The position numbers and the translations under genes were made by a program. Source: Actinomycetes bacterium (lineage in GTDB: Bacteria > Actinomycetota > Actinomycetes > S36-B12). From it: DNA of 64,000 nt. The notes below the pieces were generated by a model. That model worked only from the letters and a program-made list of their open reading frames with translations. It did not search any database and was not told the DNA's origin. The DNA is taken from the NCBI GenBank assembly GCA_024639145.1, contig JAHEIZ010000008.1, positions 11,754-75,753 of the forward strand, given 5' to 3'. Below are positions 37,089 to 45,625 of the stretch, piece after piece. Every line of letters starts with the position of its first letter. Within the stretch, counting starts at the first letter, position 1.

Positions 37089-38159
37089 ATGTCACGCACC
37101 ACTCGCACCATCGCCGCCAGTGCGGCACTCGCGATCGCCGCATTCGGCCTCGCCTCGCCTGCTCACGCGAACCACGCACCGGGCACCACCGGCCTCTACG
37201 GCACCGCCGATCCCGGCTACGACGGCGTCTACCGTCAGTCGCTCGCGATCATTGGGCTCACGTCCAACGGCGTGAAGCCGTCTCCGGCCGCGATCGGGTG
37301 GCTCATCAGCCAGCAGTGCAAGGACGGCAGCTTCCAGGAGTTCCGCGCCGACACCACGAAGCCATGCGACACGGTCGATGCAGTCAACGGCAAGGGTCCG
37401 GACTCCAATGCCACGTCGCTTGCCGTGCTCGCACTGATGTCCATCGACAACACCAATCTCGCCTCGAATACCGTGATGAATGCCGTCGTGAAGGCAGCGA
37501 GCTCGGCGGGCCTGTGGCTCCGAAAGAACCAGCACTCCGACGGCGGCTGGGCGTACTACGCCGGATCGCCCTCCGATTCAAGTTCGACCGGGCTGGCCCT
37601 GGCAGCGCTCAGCACCCAGGCACCCAATCGCCAGCAGCCGAATATCGTCAAGGGCAGCAAGTTCCTCGCCTCGCTCATCATCGCGTGCGGCTCCACCGAC
37701 GGCGGCGCACTCGTGTACCAGAAGGGCAGCAAGGCAGACGGGCTCTCAAGCGCACAGGGGTTGTACGGGCTCGTCGGCAGTGTTCCGGTCAGAGCCGCAG
37801 GCAAGCTGGGCCCGACACCGAAGTGCGCGGGCAATCCGGCCAACAAGATTGCCAGCCACCTGTCTTCGAAGTTGCTGAGCAACGGCACCCTTGCTTCGGC
37901 ATTCGGCGATGGCCCTGACTACACCGCAACCGCAACGGCTGTCGTGGATCTCTCTGCCGCAGGCGTTGCCAAGGCCGCGGTCGCGAAGGCACTTGCCGCA
38001 CTGAAGTCGAATGCCGCGAGCTACGCGACTCCGGCCGCAGGCGCCAATCCCGCTGCGCTCGGACTCCTACTGAGCGCCGCGAAGGCCACCGGCTCGAATC
38101 CGAAGGCCTTCGGCGGAGTCGATCTGGTCTCGGCACTCGTCAACAGCGAGCACAAGTAA
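37089..38159 (+). CDS. Secreted alpha/alpha-toroid protein (prenyltransferase / squalene-oxidase repeat family)
   Basis: 356 aa with a Sec signal ending SPAHA. Repeated motifs of the type WLxxQQxxDGSF / WLRKNQHSDGGW, with interleaved TSLAVLAL / TGLALAAL helices. Confidence 0.7.
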   Translation: MSRTTRTIAASAALAIAAFGLASPAHANHAPGTTGLYGTADPGYDGVYRQSLAIIGLTSNGVKPSPAAIGWLISQQCKDGSFQEFRADTTKPCDTVDAVNGKGPDSNATSLAVLALMSIDNTNLASNTVMNAVVKAASSAGLWLRKNQHSDGGWAYYAGSPSDSSSTGLALAALSTQAPNRQQPNIVKGSKFLASLIIACGSTDGGALVYQKGSKADGLSSAQGLYGLVGSVPVRAAGKLGPTPKCAGNPANKIASHLSSKLLSNGTLASAFGDGPDYTATATAVVDLSAAGVAKAAVAKALAALKSNAASYATPAAGANPAALGLLLSAAKATGSNPKAFGGVDLVSALVNSEHK

Positions 38160-38821
38160 TGCGCACGGCTCGCGCGGCAGCAGCGCTCATCGGCATCGCG
38201 ATTCTCGCGCTGACGGCGATCGCGCCTGCCGCGCGAGCCGAGTCCGCCTATCGCTATTGGACCTACTGGCAGGGCAATGCCGCGTCGTGGCAATTCGGAA
38301 CCCAAGGTCCCGCCACGAGTAACCCAGCCGACGGCGCCGTCGAAGGCTGGCGCTTCGCCGTCTCCGGGGCAGCCGGCAGCACGCAAAGCCAGCCATCGAT
38401 GAGCCCCGCCACAGCCTTCGCAGACCTCTGCGGCTCGACTCCTCCACTCTCGGGCAAGAAGCGAATCGCACTCGTGGTCGATCCGGGCTACGCATCGGAG
38501 GCACCGGACGGCGAGGACCCCATCGGGGCGGTGAGCACCTGCGTCGTCGCCGATGAGGATGCGAGCGGTTACGACATCCTGCGATCCCAGCTCACCGTGC
38601 GAGTCGAAGGCGGCCTGGTGTGTGGCATCGGCGGCTTCCCGGCACACGAGTGCGCGCCCGTGATCGAGGTCAGCGAGGAGTCTGCGAAGCCAGCCAGCCA
38701 GGCCGTGAACCAGAGACCCAGCAAGGATTCCCTCACTTCCTTCGGCTCCATCTCGCTGACCGTTCTTGTCGTGCTCTTCGGCATCGGACTCTCCATTGCC
38801 CTGTGGTGGAGGCGCAAGTGA
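38159..38821 (+). CDS. Secreted, C-terminally membrane-anchored protein (Trp-rich YWTYW motif; resembles the actinobacterial family often annotated SCO2322-like)
   Basis: 220 aa. Signal peptide ending PAARA, N-terminal YRYWTYWQGNAASWQFG...DGAVEGWRF, and a C-terminal TM helix followed by WWRRK. TAATG junction with the upstream gene. Confidence 0.6.
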   Translation: MRTARAAAALIGIAILALTAIAPAARAESAYRYWTYWQGNAASWQFGTQGPATSNPADGAVEGWRFAVSGAAGSTQSQPSMSPATAFADLCGSTPPLSGKKRIALVVDPGYASEAPDGEDPIGAVSTCVVADEDASGYDILRSQLTVRVEGGLVCGIGGFPAHECAPVIEVSEESAKPASQAVNQRPSKDSLTSFGSISLTVLVVLFGIGLSIALWWRRK

Positions 38822-39957
38822 CCGATCAGCGATTCGCCCTGGGTGCCGCCGCGATTCCGCGGTGGCTTCACCCGGGTGCGTGGTGGGCATGGGCGCTGGG
38901 CCTGGCCGCTGCGGCAAGTCGCACCACGAATCCCCTGCTCCTGATTCTCATCGTGTGCTGTGCGGCCATCGTCGTGTCAGCACGCAAGCCCGATGCGCCG
39001 TGGGCGCGCTCATTCGGCTTCTTCCTGCGCCTCGGCGTCGTGATCATCATCGTGCGCGTGCTCGCGCAGATTATTTTCGGCGCCTCGCTCGGCACGACCG
39101 TCATCGTCAATGCACCCGGTATCGCACTTCCCGACTGGTTCGCAGGCGTCCGCCTCGGCGGTGAGATCACCCTGGAGAGCCTGCTCTTCGCGCTCTTCGA
39201 CGGCCTGCGGCTTGCGGCGATCATCGCCTGCGTGGGCGCGGCGAATTCCCTCGCGTCGCCAAGTCGACTTCTCAAGTCGGTTCCGGCAGCGTTGTACGAA
39301 GTGGGAGTCAGCGTCGTTGTCGCACTCACATTCGCTCCGCAACTCGTGAGTGACGTCTCGCGAGTCAGCACCGCACGTCGACTTCGCGGCCGGACCACTC
39401 ATGGCATCCGCGCGATCGCCGGGTCGACCGTTCCCGTCTTCGAGGGCGCACTCGAGCGCTCCGTGCTGCTGGCGGCCGCCATGGACTCCCGCGGCTACGG
39501 TCGCACGGCCGGCATCAGCTCTTCGGTGCGTCGAGTCGCTTCGGGCTTTCTTCTGCTCGGCCTCGTTGCCGCGTGCATCGGCACGTACGCGATGGTGTCC
39601 GCGGGTTCCCCTGCGCTTCTCGGCCTGCCCTTGCTGGCCGTCGGCATCGCGGTGAGCATCCTCGGCATCACGATGGCCGCACGTCGATCGGTCCGCACCC
39701 GTTACCGCCCTGATCCCTGGTGGCTGGCCGAGTGGCTGGTGGCCGCGGCCGGCCTGTGCACCGCCGCCGTATTTACGTGGGCTACCTGGTCCCATCTGGC
39801 GGGCATCGACACCCCCACCGACCCGGCCCGATGGCCGCTGCTTCCGCTGATCCCGGTTCTTGCACTCGTGCTCGCAGCCTCGCCGGCCATCATCGCGCCG
39901 CGACTTCCGCAGGCACTTCGACCCGTGCACGTGCGCGAGGAAGCGGCGGTCGCATGA
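38818..39957 (+). CDS. ECF transporter transmembrane (T) component, CbiQ/EcfT family
   Basis: The GTG start overlaps the upstream stop (GTGA). Polytopic, with a coupling-helix ARxxRG motif (TARRLRGR). The 66 upstream codons of the track ORF are rejected. Confidence 0.8.
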   Translation: MTDQRFALGAAAIPRWLHPGAWWAWALGLAAAASRTTNPLLLILIVCCAAIVVSARKPDAPWARSFGFFLRLGVVIIIVRVLAQIIFGASLGTTVIVNAPGIALPDWFAGVRLGGEITLESLLFALFDGLRLAAIIACVGAANSLASPSRLLKSVPAALYEVGVSVVVALTFAPQLVSDVSRVSTARRLRGRTTHGIRAIAGSTVPVFEGALERSVLLAAAMDSRGYGRTAGISSSVRRVASGFLLLGLVAACIGTYAMVSAGSPALLGLPLLAVGIAVSILGITMAARRSVRTRYRPDPWWLAEWLVAAAGLCTAAVFTWATWSHLAGIDTPTDPARWPLLPLIPVLALVLAASPAIIAPRLPQALRPVHVREEAAVA

Positions 39958-41576
39958 TCGAGTTCGAGAACGTCTCCATCACCTACGCGGGCGCCGACTC
40001 ACCGGTGCTCGTGAATGCCTCGGTGTCCATTCCCGAGGGCGAACTCGTTCTCGTAGTCGGACGCACGGGCAGCGGCAAAACGACATTCCTTCGGGCGATC
40101 AACGGACTCGTGCCTCACTTCACCGGGGGAACGCTCTCAGGTCGGGTCACCATTGACGGTCGCGATACGGCCACGCACCCGCCGCGCGAGCTTGCCGATC
40201 TGGTCGGCATCGTGCCGCAGGATCCGATGAGCGGTTTCGTCACCGACACCGTCGAGGATGAACTCGCGTACGGAATGGAATGCCTGGGGATCGCACCCGA
40301 GGTCATGCGACGCCGCGTGGAGGAGACCCTTGACCTTCTCGGCCTCGCCGAGCTTCGCCATCGCGCACTTCTCTCACTGTCGGGCGGCCAGCGACAGCGG
40401 GTTGCCATCGGTGCGGTACTCACCTCGCATCCGAAGGTTCTCGTTCTCGACGAACCCACCTCCGCACTAGACCCGGGTGCCGCCGAGGAGGTTCTCGCAG
40501 CACTGCAACGACTCGTGCACGATCTCGGCATCACGGTCGTGCTTGCCGAGCATCGGCTCGAACGAGTGGTGCAGTACGCCGATCGCATGATCGTGATCCC
40601 GGGCGCCGGCGAGCCACTCGTGTACGGCACTCCGGCCGATGTCATGCGACTTGCTCCCATTGCGCCGCCCGTCGTGGAACTCGGACGACTGGCCGGCTGG
40701 AGCCCGCTCCCGCTGTCGGTGAGGGATGCACGACGCGCCGCGGGACCGCTGCGCGATCTGCTGATCGGGCGCACGCCTCCCCTGCGCGTGGTTGATGGCG
40801 GCCAGTCGCGCGAGGAACTCGCAGTCACCGAGAACCTCGTCGTGCGCTACGGCACCTTCACTGCACTGCGCGGCGTCACTACGTCGATTCGCCGCGGCGA
40901 GATCGTGGCACTCATGGGCCGAAATGGTGCAGGCAAGTCGACCCTGCTCTCCTCCCTCGTAGGCCTGCGCAGCACCACGACAGGGGCGGTGTCGACCAGC
41001 GGCCACGACCCGCGCACCCTGAAGCCACGCGAACTCGTGCACTCGGTGGGCCTGGTGCCGCAGGATCCAGGCGATCTCCTCGAGGCCACGAGCGTGGCCG
41101 ATGAATGCCGCGCCGCCGACCACGACGCCGAGGCGGAGCCCGGCACTACCCGAGCGCTACTCGCCCTGCTCGCACCCGACGTGCATGACGGCACTCACCC
41201 GCGCGATCTCTCCGAGGGGCAGCGGCTGCTTCTGGCACTCGCGGTGGTGCTCGCTGCGCGACCACCGCTGCTTCTTCTTGATGAGCCGACGCGCGGGCTC
41301 GACTACCCGACGAAGTCACGGCTCGTCACGGTTCTCAGCGATCTTGCCGACGCCGGCCACGGTGTCGTGCTCGCCACGCATGATGTCGAGTTGGCCGCAG
41401 AGGTTGCCACCCGGGTAATGGTCATCGCTGACGGGGAGATCGTCGCCGACGGACCCACGTCTGCAGTGCTCGTCTCGTCACCGATGTTCGCGCCGCAGGT
41501 GGCCAAGGTGCTCGCCCCGGAGCCGTGGCTCACCGTCACCGACGTGGCGTCTGCCCTCGACGGCGAGGCCGTCTGA
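39954..41576 (+). CDS. Fused duplicated ECF/ABC ATPase (EcfA-EcfA')
   Basis: 540 aa from ATG 39954 (ATGA overlap). Two Walker A sites (GRTGSGKTT, GRNGAGKST), two signature motifs (LSGGQRQR, LSEGQRLL) and two Walker B sites (LVLDEPT, LLLDEPT). Confidence 0.9.
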   Translation: MIEFENVSITYAGADSPVLVNASVSIPEGELVLVVGRTGSGKTTFLRAINGLVPHFTGGTLSGRVTIDGRDTATHPPRELADLVGIVPQDPMSGFVTDTVEDELAYGMECLGIAPEVMRRRVEETLDLLGLAELRHRALLSLSGGQRQRVAIGAVLTSHPKVLVLDEPTSALDPGAAEEVLAALQRLVHDLGITVVLAEHRLERVVQYADRMIVIPGAGEPLVYGTPADVMRLAPIAPPVVELGRLAGWSPLPLSVRDARRAAGPLRDLLIGRTPPLRVVDGGQSREELAVTENLVVRYGTFTALRGVTTSIRRGEIVALMGRNGAGKSTLLSSLVGLRSTTTGAVSTSGHDPRTLKPRELVHSVGLVPQDPGDLLEATSVADECRAADHDAEAEPGTTRALLALLAPDVHDGTHPRDLSEGQRLLLALAVVLAARPPLLLLDEPTRGLDYPTKSRLVTVLSDLADAGHGVVLATHDVELAAEVATRVMVIADGEIVADGPTSAVLVSSPMFAPQVAKVLAPEPWLTVTDVASALDGEAV

Positions 41577-41577
41577 C

Positions 41578-42396
41578 ATGAGCGGGCCACAGGTGCACGC
41601 GATGAGACTCGGCACGAGATCACGCATCGCCATCGCGTTGACCTCGCTCATCGGGATCATCGCCTTCGCGTGGCCTTTGCTCGCCTCCCCGGAGTCCGCA
41701 GTGGTCGCGCATTCGAATGACGCGCCGTGGCTCTTCGCGATCATCGTGCCGCTGCTCATGCTCGTGCTGCTCGCCGAGCTCTCCGACGGCGGCATGGACG
41801 CGAAGTCGATCGCACTTCTCGGCGTGATGGCTGCCGTGATCGCGGCCCTGCGCCCGCTGGGCGGCGGGATCGCCGGACTAGAACCGATCTGGATGGTGTT
41901 GATCCTCGGCGGTCGCGCCCTCGGTCCGGGATTCGGCTTCTCCCTCGGCGCGATCTCCCTGTTCGCGTCCGCACTTCTGACCGGCGGAGTCGGGCCATGG
42001 CTGCCCTTCCAGATGCTCGGTGCGGCATGGGTCGGGCTGGGTGCCGGTCTCCTTCCGCGCGCCACGGGCAAGCGCGAGCTCGCACTTCTCGCCGGTTACG
42101 GGGCTGTCGTCAGCCTCCTGTACGGGATGCTGCTCAACCTCTGGTTCTGGCCCTTCGTCTCCGGCCTGCCCGATCAGATTGCGTTCGCTGCCGGCGCTCC
42201 GCTGGGCGAGAACTTCCTGCACTGGTTCAGGTTCACGATTGTCACCAGCCTCGGTTACGACATCCCGCGAGCGATTCTCACAGTTGTGCTGATCCTCATC
42301 GCGGGAAAGCCCGTGCTCCTCGCCTTGCGCAGGGTCTCGCGCAAGGCGGCCTTCGAACCCGCGATCACCTTCGTCCCCGGGACTACGAGCGCATGA
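41578..42396 (+). CDS. ECF transporter substrate-specific (S) component, unusually long
   Basis: 272 aa, hydrophobic and Gly/Ala-rich, with about 6-7 TM segments. It sits directly after the A-A' gene (TGAcATG). The assignment rests on context and topology only. Confidence 0.6.
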   Translation: MSGPQVHAMRLGTRSRIAIALTSLIGIIAFAWPLLASPESAVVAHSNDAPWLFAIIVPLLMLVLLAELSDGGMDAKSIALLGVMAAVIAALRPLGGGIAGLEPIWMVLILGGRALGPGFGFSLGAISLFASALLTGGVGPWLPFQMLGAAWVGLGAGLLPRATGKRELALLAGYGAVVSLLYGMLLNLWFWPFVSGLPDQIAFAAGAPLGENFLHWFRFTIVTSLGYDIPRAILTVVLILIAGKPVLLALRRVSRKAAFEPAITFVPGTTSA

Positions 42397-43775
42397 GAGT
42401 CCGCCTGCTCGGTACCGGCTCGGCCGATGGCTGGCCGAATCCTTTCTGCGAGTGCCGTTCATGCGAGGAAGAGCGCACAGTCGGCCGGCTACGGATGCCG
42501 ACAGCTGCGCTCGTCGACGACATCCTGCTCATCGACAGCGGACCGACCGCGCCGTACAGCGCATCGCTCGGCGGTATCTCCCTTCGCCGAGTCGAGCATC
42601 TCGTTCTCACTCACGGGCACCCCGATCACCTGGCCCCGTCCATCCTGCTGTGGCGCGAATGGGTCTCCGGCCTCACAGTGCTCCACGTGTGGGGCCCGTC
42701 GATGGCGATCGATCTCTGCCGTGACTGGGTTGGCCCCGATTCTCCGGTCGAATTCCATGTGATTGCAGCCGGCGATTGCGTCACTCTCGCGACTGCCCAC
42801 GACAGTTACGAGCTTCGAGCTCTCGAAGCCAATCATGATCCACGCCGGATTGACTCGATCGCGGGCGAAGCACTGCTCTACGACCTTCAGTCACCCAGGG
42901 GCGAGCGACTTCTCTACGCCACCGACACCGGGCCGTTCACCCCGGCAATGCTCGAATCGATGAGAGGGCGTCAATACGACGTCGTGTTGATTGACGAGAG
43001 CTTCGGCGACAAGACGGACCATGGCACCGGTCACTTCGATCTCGATAGCCTGCCTGTGACACTGCACGCTGCACGCGAGTGCGCTGCTACCTCTGATCAC
43101 ACACGTGTGATCGCCGTGCACTTGAGCCATCACAATCCGCCGACCGACGAGCTGCGCGCGCGACTGCACGGAATGGGAGCCGAGCTCATGGACGATCTCG
43201 CAGTGATCGACACCGCTGCATCGCGCAGCCGTCACCTCATCACCGGCGGAGCGCGCTCGGGCAAGTCCTCGCACGCCGAGCGACTGGCCGACCGGCACCC
43301 GAAGGTCGTCTATGTCGCCACCGGCGGAGAGCGCCCTAACGATCTCGAATGGGCACAGCGCATCGCCGCTCACCGCGAGCGCCGGCCGTCCCACTGGACG
43401 ACCATCGAGACAGCCGACCTCGAGACGACCCTGGCCACCGCACCCGCCGATGCCGTGGTCCTCGTCGACTGCATCGGGCTCTGGCTCACGGCACAGCTCG
43501 ACTCGGCCGACGCCTGGGGTCGCGAGACTGATTCCGACATGCGTGCGCAGGTCGAGTCCGCGATCACTGCCTTGATCGAGGCCGTGCGTGATTGCCCCGC
43601 CTCGGTCATCCTCGTCACGAATGAGGTCGGCATGGATCTCGTGCCCCCGCACGCGGGCGGCCGGCTCTTCCGCGACCTGCTCGGCATCACCAACTCACGA
43701 CTGGCCGACGCCTGCGACCGTGTCACCCTCGTCGTCGCGGGCCGCGCCCTCGACCTGCCCAGGAGCTCACCATGA
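42393..43775 (+). CDS. cobU: Fusion protein: N-terminal PhnP-like metallo-beta-lactamase-fold phosphodiesterase domain + C-terminal adenosylcobinamide kinase / adenosylcobinamide-phosphate guanylyltransferase (CobU/CobP)
   Basis: 460 aa from ATG 42393 (ATGA overlap). The N-domain (to about 43227) has LGTGSADGWPNPFCECRSC and THGHPDH. The C-domain has ITGGARSGKS, IAAHRERRPSHW (guanylyl-His region) and VTNEVGMDLVP. Confidence 0.85.
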   Translation: MRVRLLGTGSADGWPNPFCECRSCEEERTVGRLRMPTAALVDDILLIDSGPTAPYSASLGGISLRRVEHLVLTHGHPDHLAPSILLWREWVSGLTVLHVWGPSMAIDLCRDWVGPDSPVEFHVIAAGDCVTLATAHDSYELRALEANHDPRRIDSIAGEALLYDLQSPRGERLLYATDTGPFTPAMLESMRGRQYDVVLIDESFGDKTDHGTGHFDLDSLPVTLHAARECAATSDHTRVIAVHLSHHNPPTDELRARLHGMGAELMDDLAVIDTAASRSRHLITGGARSGKSSHAERLADRHPKVVYVATGGERPNDLEWAQRIAAHRERRPSHWTTIETADLETTLATAPADAVVLVDCIGLWLTAQLDSADAWGRETDSDMRAQVESAITALIEAVRDCPASVILVTNEVGMDLVPPHAGGRLFRDLLGITNSRLADACDRVTLVVAGRALDLPRSSP

Positions 43776-44848
43776 CCGATCTCGCCTCTCTCATCGACCT
43801 GATCGGTGCCCCGAGCGCCGTTGCCGCCGACGAGGCGCGCGCACGACAGGGAATCCTCACCAAGCCGACCGGCGCACTCGGCCGGCTCGAGGAGCTATCG
43901 ATTTGGGTGTGCTCTGTGCAAGGTGCCTGCCCGCCGCGGGTCTTCGCGCGACCGCGCGTGGTGATCTTCGCCGGAGATCACGGTGTCGCTCGAACGGCGC
44001 AGACCTCCGCTTATCCCCCCGAGGTCACGGCGCAGATGGTCCTGAACTTCGTGCATGGCGGAGCCGCCGTCAACGTGCTGGCACGACAGGCCGGTGCGAG
44101 CGTGCGCGTTGTCGACGTGAGCGTCGATGCCGATCCCGACTACGCGCTCTCCATCGCGCCCGAGGTCGTCGCCGATCGCATCCGTCGCGGCTCGGGCTCG
44201 ATCGATCGGGAGGACGCGATGACACGTGCCGAGACCGAGGCGGCCTTCGCACTCGGTCGTCGCATTGCCGACGAGGAGATCGACTCGGGTGCCGACCTGC
44301 TCATTCCTGGGGACATGGGCATCGGCAACACCACCCCCGCCGCTGCCCTCATCGGTTTGCTCGCGAATGCCGATGCGGCAACGGTCACCGGCAAGGGCAC
44401 CGGCATCGATGACACGACCTGGATGCGCAAGTGCGCAGCCGTGCGCGATGCGATGCGCCGCGGCTCCGAGCACAAGGGCGATCCGCTCGCGCTTCTCACT
44501 GCCATCGGCTCCCCCGACTTCGCTGCGGCCACCGGCTTCCTGCTGCAGTCCGCAGCACGCGGCGTACCCGTGATCCTCGACGGCACGATCAGCTCTGCAT
44601 GCGCACTCGTCGCCGATCGCATCAGCTACCGCGCGAAGGCCTGGTGGCTGGCCGGGCATCGCTCCACCGAGCCCGCGCAGTCCATTGCGCTCGATCGCCT
44701 CGATCTCGTGCCCGTCGTCGACTACGGCATGCGGCTGGGCGAGGGCACGGGCGCGCTGCTCGCCCTGCAGATCGTGCAGTCGGCCACCGCGACACTGCGC
44801 GAGATGGCGACCTTCGGCGAGGCCGGCGTGAGCGATCGCGATGCCTGA
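43772..44848 (+). CDS. cobT: Nicotinate-nucleotide--dimethylbenzimidazole phosphoribosyltransferase
   Basis: 358 aa. Contains LTKPTGALGRLEEL, GDHGV and GDMGIGNTT motifs. Confidence 0.9.
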   Translation: MTDLASLIDLIGAPSAVAADEARARQGILTKPTGALGRLEELSIWVCSVQGACPPRVFARPRVVIFAGDHGVARTAQTSAYPPEVTAQMVLNFVHGGAAVNVLARQAGASVRVVDVSVDADPDYALSIAPEVVADRIRRGSGSIDREDAMTRAETEAAFALGRRIADEEIDSGADLLIPGDMGIGNTTPAAALIGLLANADAATVTGKGTGIDDTTWMRKCAAVRDAMRRGSEHKGDPLALLTAIGSPDFAAATGFLLQSAARGVPVILDGTISSACALVADRISYRAKAWWLAGHRSTEPAQSIALDRLDLVPVVDYGMRLGEGTGALLALQIVQSATATLREMATFGEAGVSDRDA

Positions 44849-45587
44849 TGCCCTGCGCCTGGCGATCGGCACGCTGACCCGACTACCGGTTCCCGCGCCG
44901 CGGCAGGTCGATCGCCGCACCGCGGGCATCGCGATGAGCCAGTCGCCCTTGGTCGCGCTCGTGCTCGCTGTCGTCTGCGGACTCCCGCTGCTCATCACGC
45001 CCGATCGACCGCTGCTCGCACTGGTGCTCAGCATCTGCGCCTTCGCCCTGCTCGCCTGGGCCACGCGCGCACTCCACCTCGACGGGCTCGCCGACACCGC
45101 GGACGCACTCGGCAGCGGCAGGCCGGCGGCGACGGCGCTCGAGATCGCGCGCAAGTCGGATATCGGCCCCTTCGGCGTCATCGTGCTGATGCTCGCCCTC
45201 CTGATCGACATCGCCGCGGTGGCCTCACTACCCGAGGGCCGCGATGCCTATCTCGCCTTCGTGCTCGCGATCGTCATCAGCAGAGTCGCGCTCACCCTCG
45301 CCTGCACGCGAATCTGGCCCGCTGCCCGCACTGATGGCCTCGGCGCCGTGGTGGCCGGGTCGGTACCTGTCGCCATCGCCGCTGCGTGGACGATCCTCGG
45401 TCTCGCGCTCGCCTGGTGGCTCCTCGGCGCAGCAGCCGTTCTCGCGGCAGCGCTCGGGCTCCTGGCAGGAATCCTCGTGCTCGTGATCGCGCGTCGCCGA
45501 CTGGGCGGAGTCACCGGTGACGTCCTGGGCGCAACGATCGAGATCAGCCTGACCGCCGCCTTGCTGGCACTCGCGCTCCTTGCCTAA
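44841..45587 (+). CDS. cobS: Adenosylcobinamide-GDP ribazoletransferase (cobalamin synthase)
   Basis: 248 aa polytopic protein. Contains LHLDGLADTADAL and GGVTGDVLGA motifs. 8-nt overlap with cobT. Confidence 0.9.
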   Translation: MPDALRLAIGTLTRLPVPAPRQVDRRTAGIAMSQSPLVALVLAVVCGLPLLITPDRPLLALVLSICAFALLAWATRALHLDGLADTADALGSGRPAATALEIARKSDIGPFGVIVLMLALLIDIAAVASLPEGRDAYLAFVLAIVISRVALTLACTRIWPAARTDGLGAVVAGSVPVAIAAAWTILGLALAWWLLGAAAVLAAALGLLAGILVLVIARRRLGGVTGDVLGATIEISLTAALLALALLA

Positions 45588-45625
45588 TCGCTGCGTACGA
45601 TGCGAGACCTACGAAGGGACAAACG

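Noticed and set aside
37001-37918. 305-aa plus-strand ORF starting inside the riboswitch expression platform
   Set aside because: It is an alternate frame of the signal-peptide-bearing 37089-38159 gene. The translation is Arg/His-rich and featureless.
41727-43775. 682-aa track ORF suggesting a much larger CobU fusion. Also N-terminal extensions of track ORFs at 4587-5786, 27677-28237, 32791-33921, 38620-39957, 39720-41576, 56342-56980 and 58206-59708
   Set aside because: The extra N-terminal codons overlap the preceding gene in another frame. They are Arg/Pro-rich, and an internal start gives an ATGA/GTGA-type junction or a good Shine-Dalgarno sequence plus the conserved family N-terminus.
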